Shown: positions 6,769 through 16,372, numbered from the stretch's first letter. The stretch is DNA of 64,000 nucleotides from Candidatus Woesebacteria bacterium RIFCSPHIGHO2_01_FULL_39_32 (GCA_001792345.1 MGGJ01000001.1:292688-356687), one strand, 5' to 3'. Numbers and translations: made by a program. Notes: a model not told the origin generated them from the sequence alone.

Positions 6769-9612
6769 ATGAGTGGCAAAAAACCCTATTTTGATCCCGT
6801 TTCACCGAAAGTAAACTTTCCACTTCTTGAGGAAAAGATAATAAATTTTTGGAAAAAGGAGAAGATTTTTGAAAAATCGGTCGAAGGACGGCCAAAAAAT
6901 AAAAGATGGACTTTTTTGGACGGCCCTCCTTTTATTACCGGCTTACCTCACTATGGAACTCTCCTATCGAGTATTCCTAAAGATATCTTTCCACGATATT
7001 GGACAATGAAGGGTTATAGAGTTCGAAGAGTATGGGGTTGGGATTGCCACGGACTTCCGGCTGAGAATAAAGTTGAAAATAAACTTGGCATTAAAAGTAA
7101 AAAAGAAATCGAGGAAAAAATTGGGATTAAAAAGTTTATAGAAGAATGTAAGCTTTATGTCTCCGAAACTTCATCTGAATGGGAATGGTATATCGATCAT
7201 ATAGGTCGTTGGGTTGATTTTAAAAACGCATATAAAACTATGGATGTGCCCTATATGGAGTCGGTTATGTGGGTTTTTCGTTCGATGTACGATAAAGGTT
7301 ATATTTATAAAGGGCTTCGAGTTTCTCTTTATTGTCCACACTGCGAAACTCCGATTTCGAACTTCGAGGTAGCGATGGATACGGAAAACTATAAAGATTT
7401 AACCGAGCCCGCAACTACTTATAAATACCCACTAGAAGGTGAGGAAAATACTTATCTTTTGGCTTGGTCAACGACTCCCTGGAATAAGATTGCAACACCC
7501 TCATTGGCCGTGAATCCCAACTTGAAGTATGTAAAAGTTCGGCAGGGTAAGGAAAAATACATTTTGGCCAAAGAAACCTTAAAAATTCTTAAGGAGGAGC
7601 CTAAGTACAAAATTCTCGAAGAGTTTAAAGGATCTGAGTTAGTCGGAAGAAAATTCATACCCCACTACGACTATTACAGAGATAAAGTTGATCCGAGTAA
7701 AAAGGTATTTGTTGTTGCCCCTGCAGATTATGTCAGTAGCGATGAGGGAACGGGAATTGTTACTTTGGCCGTCTACGGCGAAGAAGATTTAGACATAATG
7801 GTAAAAGAGAATATTCATATGGAAATGCATGTTAATGATAATGGTTTTATCAAAAAAGATATTCCAAAGTTTGGCGGAATGTATTATATGGACGCTAATG
7901 AGACAGTTGATTCGGATTTGCAGCAGAGGGGTTTAATTTATAAGAAAGAACCTGTAACACACACAATCCCTCACTGTTGGAGATGCGGCACGAGACTTTT
8001 TCATAATCCCCAAAATGCATGGTACATTGATATTCAGGTTTTAAAGCCTGCAATGAAGAAAAATAACAAGAAAATTAATTGGGTTCCAAAACACTTTAAA
8101 TACGGTAGATTTCTAAAAAGCATGGAGGTGGCTCCCGACTGGTGTATTTCAAGGAGTCGATATTGGGGGAGTCCTGTTCCTGTTTGGGAGTGTGAATGCG
8201 GCGAAAGATATATACCTGGTTCAATTGCTGAACTTGAAACTTTTTCAGGAAGAAAAATAACTGATCTTCACAAACCCGAGATAGACGAAGTTACTATTAC
8301 TTGTAAAAATTGCGGCCGTCAGGCGAAACGGGTACCGGAAGTTTTGGATAGCTGGATAGAAGCGGGATCAGCGCCCTTTGCCGAAAGACACTTTCCGTTT
8401 AAGAAGGAGTTGGATCTATCCGAATTTTTCCCGCCGGATTTTGTAGTCGAATATACAGGCCAGATAAGAGCCTGGTTTTATGTTCTGCATGTAATTTCAA
8501 CAGCACTTTATGATAGTCATGCCTTCGAAAATGTTCTTGTAACGGGTGTAATTTTAGGAACAGACGGCAGAAAGATGAGCAAAAACTTCGGAAACTACCC
8601 GGATCCTAAAGAAATGCTTAAAACTTACGGAGGCGATGCCTTAAGACTTTACTTAATGAAGGCTCCTGTAATGAAGGGTGAAGACATAAGGATATCCGAG
8701 CAAGATTACCGCGAGCAGTTAAAAAGCTTTTTACTGCTTTTTTGGAATGTTTATAACTTCTTCGTCACTTATGCGAATCTTGATGGATGGAATCCAGGAC
8801 AAAGGACAAAGGACAAAGGACAAAGTAATAATATTTTGGACAAATGGATAACTTCGCTTTCTTTAAAGTTAAACGAAGACGTTACTAATTCACTAGAAAG
8901 ATTCGATACGATAACAGGGATTCAACTGCTACAAGAATTTTTAAATGATCTTTCCCGTTGGTACATAAGAAGAAGCCGTGATCGAGTGGGGGTTACAGAA
9001 AAAAATTCAGATGATAAAAATTCTTTCTACAAAGTTACATACGAAATTCTTGTAAACTTTTGTAAACTGATTTCAGTTTTTGCTCCTTTTACTAGTGAAG
9101 AAGTTTATAGGAATTTGACAAAAGAAACCTCGATTCATTTGTCCTTTTGGCCTAAGGATAACGAAAAAGTTGATTTAGAACTTCTAAAAAAGATGCAAGC
9201 GATAAGAGATCTCGTAGAAAGGGTGCATTCGCAAAGAAAATTAAAAGGAATTCCAGTGAGGCAGCCCCTCACTTGCTTTAAAACAAATTACCCTAACCCA
9301 GGATCGGATTTGGAAGAGCTGGTAAAAGATGAAGTCAATGTAAAGAATGTGTTGTGGGGAAAACTAAAAGGAAAAGACTTAAAAGTTGAGTTAGATATTA
9401 AGATTACACCTTCACTTTTGGAAGAAGCGAAAACCAGAGAGTTAATCCGAATAATTCAAGAAAAAAGGAAAGAAATGAGAATCGGACTTACTCAAAATAT
9501 TCTTGTTAAAAATCCGTGGATCCCATCGAGCCAAGATCTTATTCAAAAGTTGAAAAAAGTGACATATACAAGCCGTATTTATAAAGGTGATTTTGATGTA
9601 CGTAAGACTTAG
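6769..9612 (+). CDS. ileS: Isoleucine--tRNA ligase (type 2), divergent motifs
   Basis: DGPPF..GLPHYG, GWDCHGLPAE, DWCISRSRYWG, EVLDSW, GRKMSKN, WYIRRSR. Confidence 0.93.
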   Translation: MSGKKPYFDPVSPKVNFPLLEEKIINFWKKEKIFEKSVEGRPKNKRWTFLDGPPFITGLPHYGTLLSSIPKDIFPRYWTMKGYRVRRVWGWDCHGLPAENKVENKLGIKSKKEIEEKIGIKKFIEECKLYVSETSSEWEWYIDHIGRWVDFKNAYKTMDVPYMESVMWVFRSMYDKGYIYKGLRVSLYCPHCETPISNFEVAMDTENYKDLTEPATTYKYPLEGEENTYLLAWSTTPWNKIATPSLAVNPNLKYVKVRQGKEKYILAKETLKILKEEPKYKILEEFKGSELVGRKFIPHYDYYRDKVDPSKKVFVVAPADYVSSDEGTGIVTLAVYGEEDLDIMVKENIHMEMHVNDNGFIKKDIPKFGGMYYMDANETVDSDLQQRGLIYKKEPVTHTIPHCWRCGTRLFHNPQNAWYIDIQVLKPAMKKNNKKINWVPKHFKYGRFLKSMEVAPDWCISRSRYWGSPVPVWECECGERYIPGSIAELETFSGRKITDLHKPEIDEVTITCKNCGRQAKRVPEVLDSWIEAGSAPFAERHFPFKKELDLSEFFPPDFVVEYTGQIRAWFYVLHVISTALYDSHAFENVLVTGVILGTDGRKMSKNFGNYPDPKEMLKTYGGDALRLYLMKAPVMKGEDIRISEQDYREQLKSFLLLFWNVYNFFVTYANLDGWNPGQRTKDKGQSNNILDKWITSLSLKLNEDVTNSLERFDTITGIQLLQEFLNDLSRWYIRRSRDRVGVTEKNSDDKNSFYKVTYEILVNFCKLISVFAPFTSEEVYRNLTKETSIHLSFWPKDNEKVDLELLKKMQAIRDLVERVHSQRKLKGIPVRQPLTCFKTNYPNPGSDLEELVKDEVNVKNVLWGKLKGKDLKVELDIKITPSLLEEAKTRELIRIIQEKRKEMRIGLTQNILVKNPWIPSSQDLIQKLKKVTYTSRIYKGDFDVRKT
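8797..8824 (+). repeat. (GGACAAA)x4 perfect heptamer tandem repeat inside ileS
   Basis: Directly visible; encodes GQRTKDKGQ. Confidence 0.9.
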
Positions 9613-10651
9613 GGAAAAAACATCTGACACTATATTAATTTTGACAATTATTATACTAATAGTTGTTGGAACGTTTGTTTTACGAAGTATTGCGCCTTAC
9701 GTTTTTCCTAGCCACTTTATCTATTTAGGAATTGGAGCGTTCCTTTTTTTTCTCCTTACCCGAATAGATTGGGATATATTTTATATATTTTCTCCGCATC
9801 TTTACATTTTTAGCATATTTTTACTAATTACTACTTTAATAATCGGCCAGGTTACAAGGGGTGCGGTTAGATGGATTCCGCTAGGAGTCGTAAATCTACA
9901 ACCTTCGGAGGTTGTACGAGCTTTTTTATTACTTTATTGGGCCAGATATATTACGGAAAGGGAGATTAATTCTAAAAGACTCATCAAACTTTTCCTACTT
10001 TTTTTCTTGCCTTTTATTCTTATAATTATTCAACCTTCTTTGGGTGTAGCAATCTTGACCGCCATAGGTTTCTTGGGGATATTATTAGCTTCAAGTATTG
10101 AAAAGAAATATTTTCTTATTGGACTAGGCGTATTTGTCGCCATCTTTCCGCTTTTATGGTTTATCCTCCAGCCTTATCAGAAAGCGAGGGTAATTACTTT
10201 TTTAGATCCTGAAAGCGACCCCCTTGGTGCCGGATATAATAGCATCCAGTCAATGATATCTGTTGGATCAGGTAGATTATTCGGTCGAGGTTTGGGAGAG
10301 GGAGTACAGACACAATTGGCGTTTTTGCCTGAAAATCACACTGATTTTATTTTCGCAGCTATATCCGAGGAATTGGGTTTTTTGGGGGCAATTCTTACCA
10401 TAACGCTATCATTTGCCTTGTTTTTGAATTTGATAGGCTATGTTAGTAACGCTCTTGATCCTTCGGCAAGAGCGTATACAACGGGTGTGTTTTTGATTCT
10501 TTTAGCCCAGAGCATTATTCATATAGGAATGAATATGGGCCTTTTTCCGATAACTGGGGTACCACTACCGTTTGTTTCAGCCGGAGGATCTTCTATTGTT
10601 GGGACTTTTATATCTATTGCGATCGTAATTAAATCCAGAAAAGAAGTGTAG
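9587..10651 (+). CDS. rodA: SEDS-family peptidoglycan polymerase RodA
   Basis: GAVRWI..LQPSE, DPLGAGYN..QS..SVGSG, LPENHTDFIF, PITGVPLPFVSAGGS. The start may be ATG 9596. Confidence 0.88.
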   Translation: MILMYVRLREKTSDTILILTIIILIVVGTFVLRSIAPYVFPSHFIYLGIGAFLFFLLTRIDWDIFYIFSPHLYIFSIFLLITTLIIGQVTRGAVRWIPLGVVNLQPSEVVRAFLLLYWARYITEREINSKRLIKLFLLFFLPFILIIIQPSLGVAILTAIGFLGILLASSIEKKYFLIGLGVFVAIFPLLWFILQPYQKARVITFLDPESDPLGAGYNSIQSMISVGSGRLFGRGLGEGVQTQLAFLPENHTDFIFAAISEELGFLGAILTITLSFALFLNLIGYVSNALDPSARAYTTGVFLILLAQSIIHIGMNMGLFPITGVPLPFVSAGGSSIVGTFISIAIVIKSRKEV

Positions 10652-10700
10652 CTTGTTTTTCAAAGTCACAAAAGCTAAAATACTTCAAGTTAAAACTAAT

Positions 10701-11003
10701 ATGAAGTACGCGATTTTACGGATAAAAGGAAAACAGTATAGAGTTTCCGATAAAGACGAGATTGTTGTCGATAGATTAGAAGGTAATCCTGAAGCCGAAG
10801 TATTACTTCTGGTAGAAGATGGAAAAGTCAAGATAGGAAAACCAAAGGTTTCCGGTGTAAAAGTAGATTTGAAGGTAATAAACAAAGATGAAAAAGGTGA
10901 AAAAATCAAAATTCTAAAATACAAAGCTAAATCCCGCTACAGAAGAAGAATCGGCTTCAGGTCAGTAAACACGAGAATTCTTGTCAATAAAATACTTTCG
11001 TAA
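10701..11003 (+). CDS. rplU: 50S ribosomal protein L21
   Basis: MKYAILRIKGKQYRV...KYKAKSRYRRRIGFR. Confidence 0.95.
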   Translation: MKYAILRIKGKQYRVSDKDEIVVDRLEGNPEAEVLLLVEDGKVKIGKPKVSGVKVDLKVINKDEKGEKIKILKYKAKSRYRRRIGFRSVNTRILVNKILS

Positions 11004-11075
11004 GTATATCAATCTACATCTTAATAATCTCTTGACAGTCGTGAAAAGATAAATTATAGTAGGTTATAGAAAAAG

Positions 11076-11321
11076 ATGGCACACAAAAAGCAAGGCGGAA
11101 AACTAACACAACAAACTCGTTCCAGACCAAAGTTTCTGGGAGTAAAGGTTTCTGATGGCCAAAAAGTAACCATTGGCAGTATACTGGTGCGTCAAAGAGG
11201 TACAAAATTTGACGCAGGTAGAGGAGTCAAAGTTGGCCGCGACCATTCCCTTTTTGCTATTCAAGAAGGTACTGTGAAATTTAATAATCGACTAGGTAAA
11301 AAACAAGTTTCGGTAGTTTGA
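11076..11321 (+). CDS. rpmA: 50S ribosomal protein L27
   Basis: MAHKKQGG...LGVK...GSILVRQRGTKF...GRDHSLFA. Confidence 0.97.
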   Translation: MAHKKQGGKLTQQTRSRPKFLGVKVSDGQKVTIGSILVRQRGTKFDAGRGVKVGRDHSLFAIQEGTVKFNNRLGKKQVSVV

Positions 11322-11329
11322 TTAAAGTT

Positions 11330-12178
11330 ATGGCTGAAGAAGTAATACAAATTGACGTAAATGAGCTTCAAGCAAATCCCTTACAACCCAGGGGTTCAAT
11401 TACGCCTGAATCCCTTGTTGATCTTGTTGATTCTATAAAAGAGCATGGAATTCTTGAACCTCTAGTTGTTGCTAAAACTCCTGCCGGATACCAAATTATT
11501 GCGGGGGAACGTCGTTGGCGTGCCGCCAAACTTGCAGGGCTAACTCACGTTCCTGCAATTATCCGTGAGACTTCACCAAAGGGAATGCTCGAGATGGCAC
11601 TTGTTGAGAATGTTCAAAGAATAGATCTTAATCCACTCGATAGAGCAAAAGGTTTTGAAAGACTTCAAACAGAGTTTGGACTATCAACCAGTGAGATTGC
11701 AACACGTATAGGAAAATCTGTTGCCTACGTTTCAAATTCACTACGACTTTTGACCCTACCGGATGCCTTAAAAGACGGACTTTTATCGGGACTAATTTCC
11801 GAAGGACACGCAAGGGCTTTGGCAGCAATTGACGATACAAATTTAATGGTAGAGGCCTATAAAATAATTTTAAGAGAGTCGGGTAGTGTAAGGCGTGCGG
11901 AAGAACTGGCACGGCGAATGAAGGCAAAATCCAAGCAGTCAATGAGGCGTGTCGGAATTAGACAGGACCAACTTCGAGTAGTTTCCGAGGAAATCGATAA
12001 AATGCAGGAAGATATGGAAACGGCCCTCATGCCTCAAAACGCGGAGGATGGTAAAACAACTTCGGTAAAACTTGTTCGCTCTCGCAGGGAAACTCGTGTT
12101 ACATTTATTTTTAAGGGAGGTCTTGAGGAAACAGAGGGAAGACTTCAGAAGATTTACAATTCACTTAAAAGAAGTTAG
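11330..12178 (+). CDS. parB: ParB/Spo0J partition protein
   Basis: NPLQPR, GILEPLVV, IIAGERRWRAA, ALVENVQRIDLNP, HTH, ISEGHARAL. Confidence 0.92.
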   Translation: MAEEVIQIDVNELQANPLQPRGSITPESLVDLVDSIKEHGILEPLVVAKTPAGYQIIAGERRWRAAKLAGLTHVPAIIRETSPKGMLEMALVENVQRIDLNPLDRAKGFERLQTEFGLSTSEIATRIGKSVAYVSNSLRLLTLPDALKDGLLSGLISEGHARALAAIDDTNLMVEAYKIILRESGSVRRAEELARRMKAKSKQSMRRVGIRQDQLRVVSEEIDKMQEDMETALMPQNAEDGKTTSVKLVRSRRETRVTFIFKGGLEETEGRLQKIYNSLKRS

Positions 12179-12741
12179 TTAGTAGCCCCGTAAGTTACTT
12201 TTTCAATTAAACCTACTCTTGGAGGTGGCCAATATACAATCCATGCGCGACCTGTAATGGCGTCTTTTGTTATAAATCCCCAAGTTCGTGAATCGGAAGA
12301 TGCTACTCTATTATCACCCATGACGAAATATTGATTTGATGGAACTGTAACTTCTTGGCCATCTTCTAAAAATGCACTTCCCAAAGTTTGCACAGAATCG
12401 CTTATATAGTTTTCATCCAGGAATTTACTATTTAAGTAAACATCTCCTTCTCTTAGTGACACCTTATCTCCAGGAAGCCCAAGAATTCTTTTTATAAACT
12501 CGTCGCCGTTGGTTCCGGGAGCCTCAAAGACAATGACATCACCGCGTTCGGGCTCTCTGAATCTATAAGTGACTTTATCCGTAAGTAGAAATTCACCATC
12601 GGCGAAATTAGGATCCATTGATAAACCCTTTATTTTATGGGGTTGGAGAACGAGAAGATATATAAAAAGAAATATCGCAATTGCAAAAACAACAACCTCC
12701 AAAATGTCCAAAAAAAATGCTGTAAGACGTTTAATTAACAT
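12175..12741 (-). CDS. lepB: Signal peptidase I
   Basis: GLSMDPN (catalytic Ser), FIKRILGLPGD (Lys), MGDNRVASSDSR. Confidence 0.95.
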   Translation of the reverse strand: MLIKRLTAFFLDILEVVVFAIAIFLFIYLLVLQPHKIKGLSMDPNFADGEFLLTDKVTYRFREPERGDVIVFEAPGTNGDEFIKRILGLPGDKVSLREGDVYLNSKFLDENYISDSVQTLGSAFLEDGQEVTVPSNQYFVMGDNRVASSDSRTWGFITKDAITGRAWIVYWPPPRVGLIEKVTYGATN

Positions 12742-12790
12742 GGATTCATTATATTCAATCTAACTTTCTTTTTCAAAAGGAATAACTTTA

Positions 12791-14488
12791 TTAGGTATTG
12801 AAATTGCCGTGAGCTTCAGATAAATACTGGGTTTTTTCTGACATAATTCGCAAAAATTCGCGCTTGTCTTTTGAAAGAAAAGTTCTTAATTCAAAAATAT
12901 TTTCAACCCCAAGATCAGCTAAAGTTCTGGCAGCGTGACGAAGATATTCGTTAATCCAAAAAGCCATAGAGCAAGCTTTTGCTTCGTAATACATAAGGCC
13001 TGGTTTGCCCTCTGTGTAGTAGGTCCTACCGGCAGCATCAGTTCTCTTTACTCGTAATTGTCCATCTTCGGATTCTATAATTTGAGTGACTGGACTTGCC
13101 GTACCTGGATAAGGCTGACATATCTTGTCTTTATTATTTAGTACAAATAAGTCTCCGGTTTCAATTGTACCTCTAACAAATTTTTGATTACCCAAAACTG
13201 CATCAACACCAATTATTAATGCGGTTCCAATGGATCTTCCAACGCCCCCCTCAAGTAAAATCGAGGTATTATTGAACTTTCGGTCTAATGTTAACTCATA
13301 TACATCTTCCAAAGTTGTTATAGCCATACCGTTAATAGCAGAGGTGCATTGTTGTCCTCCTCCATGTCCAAATATTAGTCCGTCTACTGCGATATCGGGG
13401 GTGACCAACCTTTCAGATTGATTTTTGTCTGCAACTTGGCCTACAAAGATTTCAACTTCGCGCCCAAACTTTTGTCTAAGAAGTTTGGCGGTTTGGATTA
13501 CTCTTGGATCGGAACCGATCGTGTAGATTCTAAAGACGCTTATTCCTGCTTCGTTGTGAAGCCTTATGGCCATTTTAAGCTCTTCTTTGGGATTTTCAGC
13601 TCCGAGTGCAGCTCCGACATTTCTAAAAACTTTTTCTTTCCATCCTGTTTCAATTTGAAGTCCGTCTATTATATCTCGAGTCTTTTTAGCCAGTTTTATT
13701 CTATCTTCAAAATTTAATGCAAAAACACTACTTCTCGGGATGAAAGAAATCATATGTCCTATGGCTGACATGACTAATGTGTCAATCCAACCCGAGATAG
13801 GAGGCATGGCGCCTAAGCCTATTATTTTCCTTGGATATTTTCCTACTATGTTAAAAAGACCGGTTCCAACGATTTCTCTCCTACTAAGAAGTTTATATGA
13901 ACTTATTTTTTTGTAGCCAAGTTCTGAGATGGCGGGTGTGTAAAGGGCGGGTTTGCCGGGACCTTTTATGCCAAGTGCCTCTTCGATTGTGGGGGAACGT
14001 CGATTCGATCTGGAGGGAATTTTTAACTTACCTCTTTCAAGTTTTTCAATTTCCGTATAAATATTTTCGTTGTGATTATCATCAAAAAAAAGTGCCCTTT
14101 GAGCTAAAGCCAAAGTTCTTCGTGCCGGACCCATTTGAAAAAATACAGGTTCTCCATTGCCATTTCTTTGAATTCTACCGAAATCAATATTTGTTAGAAC
14201 GACTCCAATGCTGGGTGAATCTACTGAAAATCTGTACCGAGAGTAGAAGTCACTTTGAGTTTTTATAATCGGCCGATAATGGTTAGCTTTAAGTTTCCGA
14301 GTCTTTGGAGTATTTTCGGCTAATGTCTCAAGACTGTATGCAAAATTTACACCAGCGCTACTTAATTCATTAAATCTGATTCGTTGCATTTCCTCTGAGT
14401 AAGGCTCGTTAAGTTGATAGATCGGAGTTTTAACTTTTTTACCTTTTATTTCTGCAACGGAATAATTAATAGCTTTAGTTTTTGGCAT
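12791..14488 (-). CDS. Divergent IMP dehydrogenase / GMP reductase family protein with a long N-terminal extension
   Basis: GHGGGQQCTS (cf. GIGPGSICTT), ILLEGGV (cf. IADGGI), YPGTAS (cf. YRGMGS), TEGKPG. ATG 14488 is the preferred start. Confidence 0.7.
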   Translation of the reverse strand: MPKTKAINYSVAEIKGKKVKTPIYQLNEPYSEEMQRIRFNELSSAGVNFAYSLETLAENTPKTRKLKANHYRPIIKTQSDFYSRYRFSVDSPSIGVVLTNIDFGRIQRNGNGEPVFFQMGPARRTLALAQRALFFDDNHNENIYTEIEKLERGKLKIPSRSNRRSPTIEEALGIKGPGKPALYTPAISELGYKKISSYKLLSRREIVGTGLFNIVGKYPRKIIGLGAMPPISGWIDTLVMSAIGHMISFIPRSSVFALNFEDRIKLAKKTRDIIDGLQIETGWKEKVFRNVGAALGAENPKEELKMAIRLHNEAGISVFRIYTIGSDPRVIQTAKLLRQKFGREVEIFVGQVADKNQSERLVTPDIAVDGLIFGHGGGQQCTSAINGMAITTLEDVYELTLDRKFNNTSILLEGGVGRSIGTALIIGVDAVLGNQKFVRGTIETGDLFVLNNKDKICQPYPGTASPVTQIIESEDGQLRVKRTDAAGRTYYTEGKPGLMYYEAKACSMAFWINEYLRHAARTLADLGVENIFELRTFLSKDKREFLRIMSEKTQYLSEAHGNFNT

Positions 14489-14495
14489 GGCAGAC

Positions 14496-14575
14496 AAAAA
14501 AATCCCCCTTCAAATTATGATGGGGGTTACTTTCTCCCTTTTTCAGAATATCCTCTATTTATAAGTATTTGTCAA
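14496..14575 (-). promoter_or_regulatory. Promoter and short 5' leader with an intrinsic terminator upstream of the IMPDH/GMPR-like gene
   Basis: TTGACA 14575-14570, TATTCT 14550-14545 (19-nt spacer), GGG at 14538-14536, CCCCC-A-TCA-loop-TGA-A-GGGGG-A-T7. Confidence 0.6.
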
Positions 14576-14607
14576 CAGCCCAAATTTATTTTAAACTTGG
14601 GGTTATT

Positions 14608-15156
14608 ATGAAAAAGCTTTATTTTGCAACTACGAATGAGGGAAAGTTAAAAGAGGCGAAATCCATACTTAAGGTTGAAGTTGTCGGAACGCCTTTAGAG
14701 ATAGATGAAGTTCAATCCATGGACCCGATAGAGGTTGCTACAAAAAAAGCCCGTTTATACTTCGAAAAATTAAGAAAACCAATATTTGTAGAGGATGTAT
14801 CGGTTTTCATTAAGGCATTAAACGGTTTACCGGGTCCTTATATTGACGCATTTATGAAAACTTTGGGAAATGAGGGAATTGTTAAGTTATTGCGGGGTGC
14901 TAATGAAAGAAGTGTAACTGCCCAGGCAACAGTTGTTTATATTCCGAAAATGGGAGTTGAAGAAGTTTTTATAGGAGAAGTCGAAGGTACAATTTCAGAT
15001 AAACCAAGAGGCGAAGGGTTTGGCTGGGACCCAATATTTATTCCTAAAGGAGAAAAGAAAACTTTTGGGGAAATTACTTTGGAAGAAAAAAATAAATATT
15101 CAATGCGCGCAAAAGCATTGAAGAAATTTAAAAAATGGCTTGAGAAAGAAATGTAA
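14608..15156 (+). CDS. rdgB: Non-canonical purine NTP pyrophosphatase (RdgB/HAM1)
   Basis: FATTNEGKLKE, VED, LNGLPGPY, GFGWDPIF, EKNKYSMR. Confidence 0.9.
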   Translation: MKKLYFATTNEGKLKEAKSILKVEVVGTPLEIDEVQSMDPIEVATKKARLYFEKLRKPIFVEDVSVFIKALNGLPGPYIDAFMKTLGNEGIVKLLRGANERSVTAQATVVYIPKMGVEEVFIGEVEGTISDKPRGEGFGWDPIFIPKGEKKTFGEITLEEKNKYSMRAKALKKFKKWLEKEM

Positions 15157-15198
15157 ATGTGAACGTTTTTGAACAAATTCGAATGTATTTCAAAGGTA

Positions 15199-15300
15199 GC
15201 GGCGGCTGACCGCACCAGCCGCCGCACTATCTGTACGCTCGACCTGCGGTCTCGCTTATTTTCAGCGCGCGCGACTTGCTATCTCGTCCTTCGGACGAGA
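15199..15300. other. GC-rich multi-hairpin intergenic element
   Basis: Perfect 10-bp stem GCGGCGGCTG/CAGCCGCCGC (15199-15225) and 8-bp stem TCTCGTCC/GGACGAGA (15282-15300). Confidence 0.6.
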
Positions 15301-15343
15301 AAGGATAAGTACAAAATACATGATTTTATAATACAATACAAAT

Positions 15344-16372
15344 ATGGGTGAATTTTCCGAACAAATTATACACGAGGCCAATAGACTGGCTATCGAAGAT
15401 CCTCGCAGAAATTTGGGAATTGCACTGGGCGATTTAATTGGAACTGAATCACCAACGAGGGATACAATGTTGGACGTTTTAGCATCAAGACAGCAATTTA
15501 CCCCAGAACATTTGCCCCCCCTACTTTTCTCCTCGTTACAATACTTGGCGTTAAAAGACCATGCTGATATTTCCGGTTTCGCGACAATGAATCCTGAACA
15601 GTGGAAAAAATACATTGAAGGAACTGTAAATACACATAGGCTTGATTTAACAAAATTACTTAAAGAACGAAATGTTCAATCATTTATTCTTAGGCGTTAT
15701 TTTCCGGCAAAACTACTTGCTAGGGTGGCCTATGGCGACTCGACAGTGTCCATGTTAGATATAGGTTCTTCATTAAATCTTGGCTTGGCGGCAGTTGCTG
15801 GAGACAACTCAGGAGAAATGTTTAATGGTATTGAATTAAATGGAGTGCCAAAAAATTTATATAGTGGTAGAGTAAATTTGGCAAGTGGAATAGGAGTGGA
15901 CTTATTTGAACCAGACAAAGAATGGGTGAAAGCATGTATATGGCCTGGCCATGAAGATGAGAGAGATACAATAGAACGTGCTAGCGCATCATTGAGGGAT
16001 AGGACGCCTCAGTTATCTTTTAGAAAACTTGACGCGCTGAAGATGGGTGAAGTACCAGATTTACAAGATAGATTTGATATTGCAGTCGCAAGTGGAATGA
16101 TATATCAACTTCAGCCTGACCTAAAAGACAAATTTTTAGATGCCGTGCGTAAAGTAACAAAAAGAAAAGGTTTTCTTTTGGTAAATGATTATCCTCCCGA
16201 CGTAAACGCCAAGGATTCCTTCACATACTCTACAGAGGTTTTTCCGATTGTCGATGGATCAATTCAAACACCGCTAAAAATACTGAAAGCTGAAAGTCCA
16301 TTTTATAGAAAAATTAAATTGGGAGCAGACTTTCAGCAATTTGTTGATAGCCATACAAAAAAAGCTCTTTAA
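15344..16372 (+). CDS. DUF2332-like SAM-dependent methyltransferase-fold protein
   Basis: LDIGSSLNLGL, GVDLFEPD..WVKACIWPGH..R resemble DUF2332; Rossmann C-terminus FDIAVASGMIYQL...GFLLVND. Confidence 0.6.
   Translation: MGEFSEQIIHEANRLAIEDPRRNLGIALGDLIGTESPTRDTMLDVLASRQQFTPEHLPPLLFSSLQYLALKDHADISGFATMNPEQWKKYIEGTVNTHRLDLTKLLKERNVQSFILRRYFPAKLLARVAYGDSTVSMLDIGSSLNLGLAAVAGDNSGEMFNGIELNGVPKNLYSGRVNLASGIGVDLFEPDKEWVKACIWPGHEDERDTIERASASLRDRTPQLSFRKLDALKMGEVPDLQDRFDIAVASGMIYQLQPDLKDKFLDAVRKVTKRKGFLLVNDYPPDVNAKDSFTYSTEVFPIVDGSIQTPLKILKAESPFYRKIKLGADFQQFVDSHTKKAL

Noticed and set aside
11330-12178. parS site or parA partner near parB
   Set aside because: No GTTTCACGTGAAAC-like palindrome or parA seen; a solitary parB is not enough to claim novelty.
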